From the NCBI GenBank assembly GCA_965223845.1, contig CBDCXR010000004.1:7360001-7424000 (forward strand): a stretch of DNA of 64,000 nt, in the 5' to 3' direction. The position numbers and the translations under genes are program-made. Positions 9,045-18,827 of the stretch are shown piece by piece (within the stretch, counting starts at the first letter, position 1; each line of letters begins with the position of its first letter). The DNA comes from Planctomycetota bacterium. Its GTDB lineage: Bacteria; Planctomycetota; UBA8108; SXIK01. Below the pieces are notes generated by a model. The model made no database searches. It was not told where the DNA came from and worked only from the letters and a program-made list of their open reading frames with translations.

Positions 9045-11369
9045 ATGCCGAGATACGATTTTTCGTCGCTCTCTTGGGCAGACTTTGAGGAGCTGTCTCG
9101 GGATCTCCTCCAAGAGGAACTGTCCCTAACGTTGGAGAGCTTCAAAGCCGGTCGAGACAAAGGCATCGACCTACGGCACTCCAAAGATCCAAGCGGCGAC
9201 TTGATTGTGCAGTGCAAGCACTACGCGGCTTCGGGAACCGAAAAACTCATTCGACACCTCCGCAGCAAGGAACAGCCAAAGGTCAAGAAGCTTCAGCCGA
9301 AACGCTACCTTCTCGTGACCTCAGCCGGATTGACTCCCTCGAACAAGGACGAGATCAAAGGGATCTTCGCCCCTTTCGTACACACGCCCCAAGACATTTT
9401 CGGCTGCGATGAAGTAAACAATCTGCTTGGGAAGTTCCCGGAAGTCGAAAAACGTCATTTTAAACTCTGGCTGAACAGCGAGCCAATTCTACAGCGAGTA
9501 CTGCACAGCGATGTTTTCGTCCAGTCTGGCTTCGAGGAGAAGGAGATCAGGAAAACCCTAAAAACCTACGTGCAGACGAAGAGTTTTGGCAAGGCGTTGA
9601 ACGTTCTGGAAGACAACAAGGCGTGCATAATCTCTGGCATACCCGGCATAGGGAAGACAACGCTGGCGAAAATCCTCCTTGTCCACTACCTCAGCAAGGG
9701 CTTCGAGCTTATCAAGATACGAAACGACATCTCAGAGGCGCAGAGAACGTACAAAGTGGACGCGAAGCAGGTGTACTACTATGACGACTTCTTGGGTCAG
9801 ACGAGCCTCCGGGAAAAGTTGAACAAGAACGAAGACTCAGGGCTTATCAATTTCATTCGCCATCTGGAAGGGTCAAAGAGTAAGCGATTCATCCTGACAA
9901 CGCGGGAGTACATACTCCAGCAAGCCAGGTCTGTGTACGAACCGCTCGCCCGTGCGGACCTCGATTGGTACAAGCTCGTCGTCAGCTTGTCAGACTACAG
10001 CAACTTCGACAAAGCGAAGATACTCTTGAACCACCTGGAAGCTGCCTGCCTTTCAAAGCCCCACATTGCGAGTCTGATGCAGGGGAGGACTTACCTCAAG
10101 ATCATCAAGCATCCGAACTACAATCCACGAATCATTGAGTCCATGACCGACCGGGCGCGGATAAGGTCGGTCCCCCCAGAATCCTACGCGGAGCACTTCT
10201 TGCAGAGCCTGACGAGCCCGTCAGAGATTTGGTCACACGCCTTTGAGAAGCAGATAAGCACGAACGCACAGGAAGTCCTGTTCGTGCTTGCGAGCCTGCC
10301 CAGAGAGGTATTCCTCGACGACTTGCGTGTGGCATTCGAGGCTTTTCACCAGAGTGTGTGCGACAAGTACAATAGAGCGCACAGTTCAACAGATTTTCAG
10401 GAGGCTTTGAGGGAGCTGGAGGGCAGTTTCACCATCACTGAGAGAATCGATAAGGATTTTGTGGTTCGGTTTCACAACCCCTCGGTGCGAGACTATCTCG
10501 AATCTCGATTGGAGAAGGACGACCAGGTCGTACGTTCTCTCGTTGTAAGCTGTCGCTTCTTTGAGCAGCTTTCCGGGCTATGGAATCTCGCGCCGGCAGG
10601 GAATCGAACGTACCCCATCAGGCGGTTCATTGCTCAAGATGTCTCGTCCTTTGTGGAAAGCGCCGAGCGGAGTTTCCTAACGCAGTCCTGTGGACTCATG
10701 ACCGACTGGACGCCTCGGGAGCGGAGGGCGTTAGATGTCGAAGATCGGTTGGAGACCATCGTTCGTGTGTGCGCAGAGATCTCGGACGCAACGCACGCGG
10801 ACGCTTTGATCAGGATGACGAGGATAGTGCTGAATCGATTAGCGGAAGGACAGGGAGAGAAGGAGAGCCTTGTGGCTCTCCTTGAATACCTGAATGGCGC
10901 GGACAAGTTTGGGCTTAAGACGGAAGAGCTAATAGGAACTGCCCGTTCATTCTTCATAGGTGATCTGCGCTCACTTGATGATTTTGAGCGTTTCCTCGAA
11001 TTTCGGGAAATTGTCCCAAACGCGGTCACGGACGACGACTTTGATCTGGCTACAAGGACGTTTAGCGACGTTCACTTTGACGATTGCTACAACGAGGTTT
11101 GGGAGGCGAATGATCCCGAACAACTTGAAGAGTATAGAACGCGATTGAGCAGCGTGGGCAACGCACTGTCGGTCAGTACGAGCGTGGGCGAGGAGAGGAT
11201 TTCGGAGAAAGTGAGCGAGCTGGAGGAACAACAAGCGAGATACGAGGATCACTTGTACGACGAGTACCGCGAGGAGCGAGCGTTCAAGGAGCAAGAAGAG
11301 CGTGGTACCGACACGGAGATCGACCGGCTCTTTGATACGCTGCGCGAGAGTGCGGAGCAGTCAGAATGA
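9045..11369 (+). CDS. Mrr-like restriction endonuclease fused to a STAND-type (nSTAND3-like) P-loop NTPase
   Basis: N-terminal FEEL...D.GIDL...VQCKHY (PD-(D/E)xK, QxK type), Walker A GIPGIGKTT, Walker B YYYDDFLG, FILTTR, then a long helical C-terminus. ATG directly abuts the HD stop codon. Confidence 0.88.
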   Translation: MPRYDFSSLSWADFEELSRDLLQEELSLTLESFKAGRDKGIDLRHSKDPSGDLIVQCKHYAASGTEKLIRHLRSKEQPKVKKLQPKRYLLVTSAGLTPSNKDEIKGIFAPFVHTPQDIFGCDEVNNLLGKFPEVEKRHFKLWLNSEPILQRVLHSDVFVQSGFEEKEIRKTLKTYVQTKSFGKALNVLEDNKACIISGIPGIGKTTLAKILLVHYLSKGFELIKIRNDISEAQRTYKVDAKQVYYYDDFLGQTSLREKLNKNEDSGLINFIRHLEGSKSKRFILTTREYILQQARSVYEPLARADLDWYKLVVSLSDYSNFDKAKILLNHLEAACLSKPHIASLMQGRTYLKIIKHPNYNPRIIESMTDRARIRSVPPESYAEHFLQSLTSPSEIWSHAFEKQISTNAQEVLFVLASLPREVFLDDLRVAFEAFHQSVCDKYNRAHSSTDFQEALRELEGSFTITERIDKDFVVRFHNPSVRDYLESRLEKDDQVVRSLVVSCRFFEQLSGLWNLAPAGNRTYPIRRFIAQDVSSFVESAERSFLTQSCGLMTDWTPRERRALDVEDRLETIVRVCAEISDATHADALIRMTRIVLNRLAEGQGEKESLVALLEYLNGADKFGLKTEELIGTARSFFIGDLRSLDDFERFLEFREIVPNAVTDDDFDLATRTFSDVHFDDCYNEVWEANDPEQLEEYRTRLSSVGNALSVSTSVGEERISEKVSELEEQQARYEDHLYDEYREERAFKEQEERGTDTEIDRLFDTLRESAEQSE

Positions 11370-11503
11370 CCGCCGACCAAAGCTCTGCGCCTCTATCGTT
11401 TTACGATCAAGGCTCGTCTGGACATCGTCGCGATTCAAGTTGGGAATCTGAATTGAAGTTGCTGGTGCCGTGGCTGCGTGTGACTATGACGATTCGGTGA
11501 GTC

Positions 11504-12109
11504 GTGTTGTTCGACCGGAGAGATGCAGTGAGCCGACGATCTGACGAAAGCGTACAGCCGCCCCCATCGGTTTCAGTGCCAGGGCTCAGCGTCGTCGAAC
11601 TGGTGATGGCGATCGAGGAGACTTTCGGGCTCGCCATTCCCGACAGCGACGCGGAGCGGATCGTCACCGTGGGTGATATCAAGAGGTACCTGAGGTCCCG
11701 TGTCCGGCGTGACTGTTCAACCGATTGTGCTTCGCAGCGAGCGTTTTACCGCCTGAGAAGCGTCGTTTGTGACGAGCTGTGCGTTTCGCCGAAGGTCGTA
11801 CAGCCCCGCCGGAGGTGGCTCGATGTTCTCCCTGCACGAGGTCGTCGTGTAGCGTGGAAGCGAATCGTAAGGAGGGCACGGCTTCCTCACCGCGCCCGTT
11901 GGAGCCTTCCGGTCCTTCGCTGGAACCTGCCGTCATTCCGAAACACGGTAGGATGGTCAGCGCGTCTACTGGCGGCGTCGGAGCCTCTGCCTGTCAAGGC
12001 TCCCAGTGAAGGCTGGACTCGCGATGAGATTTCGCGCACGGTTGACCGCTTGGTGATGGACGTGTGCGAAATCACGGACTTCTCCGACGAGGTTTTCCTC
12101 GCAGACTGA
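11504..12109 (+). CDS. Acyl-carrier-protein-like hypothetical protein, possibly degenerate
   Basis: [29 protein letters not shown] is ACP-like, but the canonical DS phosphopantetheinylation motif is absent (GLSVVEL). Start uncertain. Confidence 0.5.
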   Translation: MLFDRRDAVSRRSDESVQPPPSVSVPGLSVVELVMAIEETFGLAIPDSDAERIVTVGDIKRYLRSRVRRDCSTDCASQRAFYRLRSVVCDELCVSPKVVQPRRRWLDVLPARGRRVAWKRIVRRARLPHRARWSLPVLRWNLPSFRNTVGWSARLLAASEPLPVKAPSEGWTRDEISRTVDRLVMDVCEITDFSDEVFLAD

Positions 12110-12232
12110 ACGAGCAGTTTGACGCCGATGTTCGGCGGGTACGATCGCAGTTCTTCGCGGTTTTCATCCGTCCCTTTCACGTCCCAGAACTTCGGACAAC
12201 TGCGCAGCGAATCCCGTAAGTCCTGGAAAGAG

Positions 12233-12309
<77 letters not shown>

Positions 12310-12436
12310 ACAAGGACACGTCGCGGTCGTCGAACGTAGCGGCGCCCTCGCGGGAGCGCAAGCGGTTTCGCGCGTCGCTCCGCGGGCTCTTCGCGACGTG
12401 GAATCGGCTTCCGGGCGCCGGTATGATTCTGGCGCT

Positions 12437-13480
12437 ATGGAGGTCTCGGAACGATCGAACGAGGCGGATTCTTCCGGCGCGCCTCGCCGGAGGAAGCGGA
12501 AGCGCCGGCGGAACCGTTTTCGCCGGGCGATCGGTCGCTACCTCGGCTACTTCGGTCTTCGCGCCGCGTACGCCATCGTCTCCCGCTTGCCGCTCCCGAT
12601 GGGGCTCGCTCTCAGTCGATGGGTCGGCCAGATTCTCTACTGCTTCGCGTTTCGCCTGCGGCGGACGGGCATCGAGAATCTCACGCACGTCTACGGGGAC
12701 TCGCGCTCGCCGAAGGAGATCCGCCGGATGGTGCGCGACGTGTTTCGGAACTCAGCCGCGACCGGGATCGAGTTCATGATCCTTCGTCGCTGGTCGACCG
12801 AGCGTCTTCGCGAAGCGTTTCCGGAAGTCGCCGCGGCGGTCGAGCGCCTCGAGCACGACGTGAGGGAGAGCGGTTCGGGGATCGTCGGCATCACGGCGCA
12901 CTTCGGCAACTGGGAGATGCTCTCCGTCCTGGTCAGTCGCTTCGCCCCGGGTTTGCTCGTCCCCGTCGCGAAGCCCGTCTACTTCGAGAAATACCAAGCT
13001 TTCGTTCACCGGCTGCGCACCGAGGACGGAATCGAAGTCATCTACAACGATGAATCGCCGCGAAAACTTTTCCGCGCCATTCGAAAGGGACAGTTGCTCG
13101 GTCTTCTCCCGGATCAGAACTTGAGAACGAACAGCGGAGTCTTCGTCGAGTTCTTCGGTCGACCCGCCTACACGGCGACCTTTCCAGTCGACATCGCGCG
13201 GAAGCTGAGCGTCCCGATGCTCTTTTGCGTTCTCGCGAGAACCGATCCCACGCTTCGATCCCGAGGCTACCGCATTCTCTATGAGCCGCCGTGGACCCCT
13301 CCCGGCGGGGATGATCTCGAAGCGAGCCGACTCGCTGCGACGGCGAAGTGGACCGCGATCACTGAGCGTGCGATCCGCGAGTCGCCGGTTCAGTGGTCGT
13401 GGTGCTACCGCCGGTGGAAGAACCAACCCGGGAATCCGCGGCTCCCGCACGCAAGCCGAACCGAGGCGCCGGCGACGTGA
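12437..13480 (+). CDS. Lipid A lauroyl/lysophospholipid acyltransferase (LpxL/HtrB family)
   Basis: HFGNWE, LLPDQ, VEFFGRPA, PVQWSW...RWK motifs. Confidence 0.88.
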   Translation: MEVSERSNEADSSGAPRRRKRKRRRNRFRRAIGRYLGYFGLRAAYAIVSRLPLPMGLALSRWVGQILYCFAFRLRRTGIENLTHVYGDSRSPKEIRRMVRDVFRNSAATGIEFMILRRWSTERLREAFPEVAAAVERLEHDVRESGSGIVGITAHFGNWEMLSVLVSRFAPGLLVPVAKPVYFEKYQAFVHRLRTEDGIEVIYNDESPRKLFRAIRKGQLLGLLPDQNLRTNSGVFVEFFGRPAYTATFPVDIARKLSVPMLFCVLARTDPTLRSRGYRILYEPPWTPPGGDDLEASRLAATAKWTAITERAIRESPVQWSWCYRRWKNQPGNPRLPHASRTEAPAT

Positions 13481-14199
13481 ACGATTCGCGCTCGGTACGT
13501 GTCGTGCTCGTCGACGTGGGAGGGACGCTCCTTCGCGTGCGTCACTCCGTCGGCACGGTCTACGCGACGACTGCCGCGGAACACGGCGTGGACGTCGAAG
13601 CGTCTAGGCTCGACCTGGCGTTTCGGAGCGCCTGGTCGGACTCGCTCGAGCGTCGACGGCGGCGACGGTTCGCGTGCAGCGACGAGCTTCTTCGCGAGGA
13701 ATGGCGCTGGATCGTCGAGCGAACGTTCGGCGATGTCGTTCCCCCGAATCGCATGTCCGCTCTCTTCGAGGATCTCTACGCCCGGTTCGCGTCGGCGGAC
13801 GCGTGGGACGTAGCGCCGAACGCGCGCGCGAATCTCTCGTATCTGCGGACGAAGGGAGTGCGGCTCGGTGTGTTCTCGAATTGGGACAGCCGACTCGCGC
13901 GGACTCTCGAGGAGCTCGACCTCGCGTCGGCGTTTGATTTCCAGGTGGTGTCTCACGCCGTGGGCGTCGAGAAACCGCACCCCGACATGTTTCGAGTGGC
14001 ACTCGACAGGGGCGGAGGTCCACCGAGCGCGACGGTCGTCGTCGGAGACTCGTACGAGGCCGACATCGCCGCGGCGCGCGCGCTAGGGCTTCGGACGATC
14101 TGGATGACGAAGAGTGCGCCGGACGGAGGGGCGGACGATCAGATCGACGGGTTTCCGGGGGATCCCGCGTCGTATTGGGCTGCGTGGATCGCGGGGTAG
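13477..14199 (+). CDS. HAD-superfamily hydrolase
   Basis: DVGGTL, FSNWD, EKPHP, VGDS...D motifs. GTGA overlap with the upstream gene. Confidence 0.9.
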   Translation: MNDSRSVRVVLVDVGGTLLRVRHSVGTVYATTAAEHGVDVEASRLDLAFRSAWSDSLERRRRRRFACSDELLREEWRWIVERTFGDVVPPNRMSALFEDLYARFASADAWDVAPNARANLSYLRTKGVRLGVFSNWDSRLARTLEELDLASAFDFQVVSHAVGVEKPHPDMFRVALDRGGGPPSATVVVGDSYEADIAAARALGLRTIWMTKSAPDGGADDQIDGFPGDPASYWAAWIAG

Positions 14200-14314
14200 C
14201 AGGAACCTGCAGTTTTCGAAACACTGTGTCAGAATCTTCGACGACGTCGTGCGGACGGGCGTCGCAGCTGCGGGGCCGGCGAAGTGAATCATCAGCAAGG
14301 AGTCGAGAGCGAGC

Positions 14315-14629
14315 ATGATCCTCAGCAACGTCGAGACCGTGCCTGGTCGACACATCGTCGAGCACTACGGACTTGTCCAGGGGAGCACGATCCGAGCTAA
14401 GCACGTCGGACGCGATTTCATGGCCGGCCTCAAGAACATCGTAGGCGGCGAGCTCAAGGGCTACACCGAGCTCCTCCAGGACTCGCGCAAGGAGGCGACC
14501 GCGCGCATGATCGCTCAGGGCGAGGAGCTGGGCGCGAACGCGATCGTCAACGTGCGCTACGCCACGTCTTCGGTCGCCCAGGGCGCGGCCGAGATCCTCT
14601 GCTACGGAACCGCCGTTCGGGTGGAGTGA
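14315..14629 (+). CDS. YbjQ/UPF0145 family protein
   Basis: RDFMAGLKNIVGGELKGY...GANAIV...YGTAV. Confidence 0.92.
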   Translation: MILSNVETVPGRHIVEHYGLVQGSTIRAKHVGRDFMAGLKNIVGGELKGYTELLQDSRKEATARMIAQGEELGANAIVNVRYATSSVAQGAAEILCYGTAVRVE

Positions 14630-14630
14630 G

Positions 14631-15092
14631 ATGGACCACCTGGAACTCGTCCTTACGCTAATCAGCTTGAGCTTGTTTCCGCTCGCGTTCTTCACGGGCT
14701 TCGTCTTCCGCAACGCACACTACCAGCGGATCCACGAGCGCGAGGACGCTACGATCGATCAACCCGCGGTGACCTTCCGCAGCTTGCCCGACGACCGCGC
14801 CGTCGAAAGCGCGACTCTCGCGCGTGGGTCGGTCGTCATGAGCGTCGACTATTTCCGACACGTGCTCAGCTCGCTCAAAAAGCTCGTCGGCGGAGAGCTG
14901 GGTTACTACTCGCAGATGCTCGATCGCGCGCGACGCGAGGCGCTCTTGCGAATGAAGGAGAGCGTTCCCGACGCGGATATCTTCGTCAACACGCGGCTCG
15001 AAACGACGACGCTCATCGGCAAGGGCGATCGCCCGAGTGGAGTCGTCGAGATCGTCGCTTACTCGACCGCGATTCGATTCTCCGACCGGTAA
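14631..15092 (+). CDS. YbjQ-like heavy-metal-binding-domain membrane protein
   Basis: N-terminal TM helix plus GSVV.SVDYF...LDRARREALLRMKE...AYSTAI. Confidence 0.85.
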   Translation: MDHLELVLTLISLSLFPLAFFTGFVFRNAHYQRIHEREDATIDQPAVTFRSLPDDRAVESATLARGSVVMSVDYFRHVLSSLKKLVGGELGYYSQMLDRARREALLRMKESVPDADIFVNTRLETTTLIGKGDRPSGVVEIVAYSTAIRFSDR

Positions 15093-15097
15093 TCAGC

Positions 15098-15868
15098 ATG
15101 AAGTTCGTGCCGCGGCGACTGGAGCGCACAGCGGAGATTTCGAGCGGAAAGACGAAGCTCTCGTCATCGCTCAAGGTGGCAGCGATCGTCGCCGCGAGCT
15201 TGATTGCGGCGTGGTTCCTCGTCGGCGTCGTCGCGGACGGAATCGCCGAGCGCATCACCGCCGAGACGGAAGCGCGGTGGTTCGGCGGGCTCGGAGAGAC
15301 TCTAGCCGCCGGCGGCGAAGAGACGAAGACTCCTGATCTCGAGCGAGCCGAGAGAATTCTCGGGGAGCTGCTCGAGGCCGGCGACCTTCGCGCCCTCCCG
15401 TTCCGTCTGGTGGAGCTCGACGACGACGCGCCGAACGCGCTCGCCGCGCCCGGCGGGCTCGTCGGAGTGACGCGCGGGCTTCTCGACCGCGTTCGGAGCG
15501 AGCGGGGTCTCGCGATGGTGCTCGCGCACGAGCTCGGCCACCATCACCATCGGCACACCCTCAGGCGAGTCGGGCGAGCTCTCGCTCTACAGGCTCTCCT
15601 CGCGCTCGTCGATGGCGGCGCAGCTCTCGAGCAGAGCGTCGGCCTCGCCGAAGCGAGTTATTCGCGCGACCAGGAGCGAGAGGCGGACCGGTTCGGCCTC
15701 GAGCTCGTCCACCGCGCGTACGGCGGTCTCGATGGGGCGCTCGAGTTCTTCGAACTCGTCGAGGAGGAAGAGCGGGAGGCGTGGACGGACTTCACCTCGA
15801 GTCACCCGTTGACGAGCAAGAGACTCGAGGAGCTTCGCGAGTTCGCGCGCGAACTCGAGACACGCTGA
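15098..15868 (+). CDS. M48 family metallopeptidase
   Basis: NALAAPGG, HELGH zinc motif, YSRDQEREAD, SSHP. Confidence 0.9.
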   Translation: MKFVPRRLERTAEISSGKTKLSSSLKVAAIVAASLIAAWFLVGVVADGIAERITAETEARWFGGLGETLAAGGEETKTPDLERAERILGELLEAGDLRALPFRLVELDDDAPNALAAPGGLVGVTRGLLDRVRSERGLAMVLAHELGHHHHRHTLRRVGRALALQALLALVDGGAALEQSVGLAEASYSRDQEREADRFGLELVHRAYGGLDGALEFFELVEEEEREAWTDFTSSHPLTSKRLEELREFARELETR

Positions 15869-15957
15869 GCCGCGATCATCGGGGCACGGGCGATAGGACG
15901 TCCGAAACGCCCGCTGCGACTGCCCGAACACTCACCAAATCCAGCCGCCAGACCCCG

Positions 15958-16048
15958 AAAAAAAAAAGCGGGCAGGCCAGCCTGAAGGTTGTTTGGGTCG
16001 AAAGGGTAGGGTTGGAGTTGGGTGAGATGATCGGCTGGCCCACCCGCT
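15958..16048 (-). ncRNA. Candidate stand-alone sRNA (~90 nt)
   Basis: 16-bp stem (two G-U pairs) enclosing a 50-nt C-rich loop, followed by a long U tract. TTGCGC-17-CAAAAT promoter immediately upstream. Confidence 0.5.
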
Positions 16049-16052
16049 GGAT

Positions 16053-16081
16053 ATTTTGCCGTTCGTTTCCGGGTCGCGCAA
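16053..16081 (-). promoter_or_regulatory. Putative sigma70 promoter for the sRNA candidate
   Basis: -35 TTGCGC (16081-16076), 17-nt spacer, -10 CAAAAT (16058-16053). Confidence 0.45.
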
Positions 16082-16435
16082 CTATTTTGGCCGAGTTCTT
16101 TGTGTCGCTCGGGCGGCCCGAGCGCTATCATTTTCGGCCCTTTTTTGGGCCGGAGCTCGCGCCGCGTCCGCGTCTGCAGGCGATCCTAACCTCGTGCAGA
16201 GGTGCGCTTTAGCTGTCCGATCGACCGCGGGTTCGTCCGCTGAACCCGCACGGAGGCCGAGCGGTGATGCGTTCGCGGCTCCCTCGGCGCGTTGATCCCC
16301 CCGGGGCCCGTCGATCGCCGCACCGCGCGATTTTCCCCTCGGGCCGCTCACAGGGAGTCCCGATTCCCGCCGAAGTACGGAAGAGCCGCGGCGTCCGGTC
16401 TCCTATGTTCGTGAGCCCCTTCGAGTTGAAGTGTT

Positions 16436-17722
16436 ATGACTGAGCCATTCCGCATCGGCCTGATCGGCTGCGGCACCGTCGGTTCCGGCGTGCTCGATCT
16501 TCTCGAGCGTCGCGCGGCGGAGCTCACGCGGGCGACCGGGCGCTCGTTCCGAGTCGTCCGAGTCGCGGTGCGCGATGCGTCTCGGCCACGGAACGTCGCC
16601 GCGCTCGATCGCGGAGTCGAGCTCACGGAGGACGCGATGGCGGTCGCGAGAGCGCCCGACCTCGATGTCGTCGCCGAGGTGGCCGGCGGCGTCGACTCCC
16701 CGCGCGACTGGATGGTCGCAGCTCTCACGTCCGGGAAAGACGTAGTCACGGCCAACAAAGCTGCGCTCGCGGGTCACGGCCCAGAGATATTCGCTGCGGC
16801 CGTCGAGAACGGGCGTCGCGTCTACTATGAGGCGAGCGTCGCCGCCGCGATCCCCATCATCGAAGTCCTTCAAAACGGTCTCGTCGCGAATCGTGTCACC
16901 CGACTCGACGGCATTCTCAACGGCACCTGCAACTTCATCCTGTCCCGCATGGAGCGGGATGGAATCAGCTACGAAGCCGCGCTCACCGAAGCGCAGCAGC
17001 GGGGCTTCGCCGAGGCCGATCCAACTCTCGACGTGAGCGGCGAAGATGCCGCGCACAAGCTCGCTCTGCTCGGCGGGATCATCACCCACGCGCCGATCGA
17101 CGCGCGCAGCATTCCGACCGAGGGCCTAACGGAGATCACCGCGCAGGACATCGTCTTCGCTCGCGAGCTCGGGTACGCCGTCCGCATGCTCGCGATCGCG
17201 CGGTGCACTGAGGAGAGCACGTGGGACTTTCGCGTTCACCCCACGCTCGTCCCGAGTCGTGGCTTGCTGGCACAAGTCGAAGATGAGTTCAATGCGGTTC
17301 AGCTCCGCAGCACCGCGGCGGGTCCGATGGTCCTCTACGGAAAGGGCGCGGGATCCCTTCCGACCGCGTCGAGCGTCGTCGCCGATCTCGCGCGCGCCGC
17401 GCGCCGCGAGCCCACCGCCTACGGACCGGCCGCGGGCGAGCCGCCGCCGCGCGTCGATCTCGGTGACGTCGCCCTGCGCAACTACATCCGCATGGAAGTG
17501 ATCGATGCGCCGGGTGTGCTCGGTCGCATCACGTCTTTTCTCGGCATGCGGAGCATCAGCATCGCCAGTCTTCGCCAGCCCGAAGCGCACGTCGGCCGCG
17601 AAGTGCCGGTGGTTCTCGTTACGCACCGAACGGTCGATCGCGTCGTGAGCAGCGCGCTCCGCGAGCTCGCCGAGGCGAAGCTGCTCACGAAGCCGGCGAC
17701 GCGGATCCGTATCGAAGACTGA
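16436..17722 (+). CDS. hom: Homoserine dehydrogenase with ACT domain
   Basis: GCGTVG, VVTANKA, YEASV, GILNGTCNFIL, GFAEADP, GAGSLPTASSV. Confidence 0.95.
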   Translation: MTEPFRIGLIGCGTVGSGVLDLLERRAAELTRATGRSFRVVRVAVRDASRPRNVAALDRGVELTEDAMAVARAPDLDVVAEVAGGVDSPRDWMVAALTSGKDVVTANKAALAGHGPEIFAAAVENGRRVYYEASVAAAIPIIEVLQNGLVANRVTRLDGILNGTCNFILSRMERDGISYEAALTEAQQRGFAEADPTLDVSGEDAAHKLALLGGIITHAPIDARSIPTEGLTEITAQDIVFARELGYAVRMLAIARCTEESTWDFRVHPTLVPSRGLLAQVEDEFNAVQLRSTAAGPMVLYGKGAGSLPTASSVVADLARAARREPTAYGPAAGEPPPRVDLGDVALRNYIRMEVIDAPGVLGRITSFLGMRSISIASLRQPEAHVGREVPVVLVTHRTVDRVVSSALRELAEAKLLTKPATRIRIED

Positions 17723-17735
17723 TGGAGCGAGCAGA

Positions 17736-18827
17736 ATGACGGTCCAGCTTCAGGGGAAACCATCGCTGATCGAACGCTATCGCGACGTTCTCGACTCCGT
17801 GTCGGCGTCGACGCCGATCGTGAGCCTACAGGAGGGCGGCACTCCGCTGCTTCGCGCGCGGCGCCTCGAAGCGCATCTCGACGCGATCGCGGGCCGGGCG
17901 CTCGAGCTCGAGCTCTATCTCAAGTTCGACGGCAACAACCCGACCGGATCGTTCAAGGACCGCGGAATGACGATGGCGATCTCGCTCGCCGTCGAGCACG
18001 GCACTCGCGGGGTGATTTGCGCTTCGACCGGAAACACCTCGGCCTCGGCCGCCGCATACGCCGCGCGTGCGGGGATTCCGTGCTTCGTGGTGATCCCGGA
18101 TGGCAATATCGCCATGGGAAAGCTCGCCCAGGCCGTGATGGCCGGGGCGAAGGTGATCGCCATCCGCGGCAAGTTCGACGTCGCGCTCGATCTCGTCCGT
18201 CGCGTGGAAGATGAACTCTCGCTGACGCTCGTCAATTCGGTCAATCCGCACCGCATCGAAGGACAGCAGACGGCGTCGTGGGAGATCGTCGATGCGCTCG
18301 GAGACGCCCCGACGCACCATTTCATCCCCGTGGGGAACGCCGGCAATATCACCGCGCACTGGCGGGGTTACCGTCGATTCCGCGACGAGGGGCGTGCGAC
18401 GCGTCTCCCGCGCATGATGGGGTTTCAGGCGGCGGGGGCCGCACCGATCGTGAGCGGGAAGCCGGTCCCGGATCCGAAGACGCTCGCGACGGCGATCCAG
18501 ATCGGGAACCCCGCGAGCTGGAAGGGCGCGGAAGCGGCGCGCGACGAGTCGGGCGGGCTCATCGAGGCGGTCACCGACGACGAGATCGTCGCCGCGTATC
18601 AGCTCGTCGTCGAGAAGGAGGGGGTTTTCGCCGAGCCCGCGTCCGCGGCGTCGATCGCCGGACTCGTGAAGCTCGCGTCCGAGGGGCGCATGGACACCGG
18701 CGCGATCGCCGTCTGCACGCTCACGGGGCACGGACTCAAGGATCCCGATCGAGCGATCGCGACCGCGCCGGCGCACCGAACCATCGATGCGACCTTCGAC
18801 GCCGTTCGAGGAGAGATCGAGCGATGA
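17736..18827 (+). CDS. thrC: Threonine synthase
   Basis: NPTGSFKDRG PLP lysine, CASTGNTS, PVGNAGN, TGHGLKDP. Confidence 0.95.
   Translation: MTVQLQGKPSLIERYRDVLDSVSASTPIVSLQEGGTPLLRARRLEAHLDAIAGRALELELYLKFDGNNPTGSFKDRGMTMAISLAVEHGTRGVICASTGNTSASAAAYAARAGIPCFVVIPDGNIAMGKLAQAVMAGAKVIAIRGKFDVALDLVRRVEDELSLTLVNSVNPHRIEGQQTASWEIVDALGDAPTHHFIPVGNAGNITAHWRGYRRFRDEGRATRLPRMMGFQAAGAAPIVSGKPVPDPKTLATAIQIGNPASWKGAEAARDESGGLIEAVTDDEIVAAYQLVVEKEGVFAEPASAASIAGLVKLASEGRMDTGAIAVCTLTGHGLKDPDRAIATAPAHRTIDATFDAVRGEIER

Larger units (their letters stand above)
1..12232. mobile_element. Integrated element/genomic island at the 3' end of tRNA-Arg; left end lies outside the window
   Basis: Abuts the tRNA CCA end. 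Visibly more A/T-rich than the flanking DNA. Contains a serine recombinase, phage-like hypothetical genes and defence-type cargo. Confidence 0.8.

Noticed and set aside
16200-16435. Riboswitch or Thr attenuator upstream of hom
   Set aside because: Only generic GC hairpins; no Thr/Ile-rich leader peptide, T-box or lysine/SAM aptamer motifs recognised.
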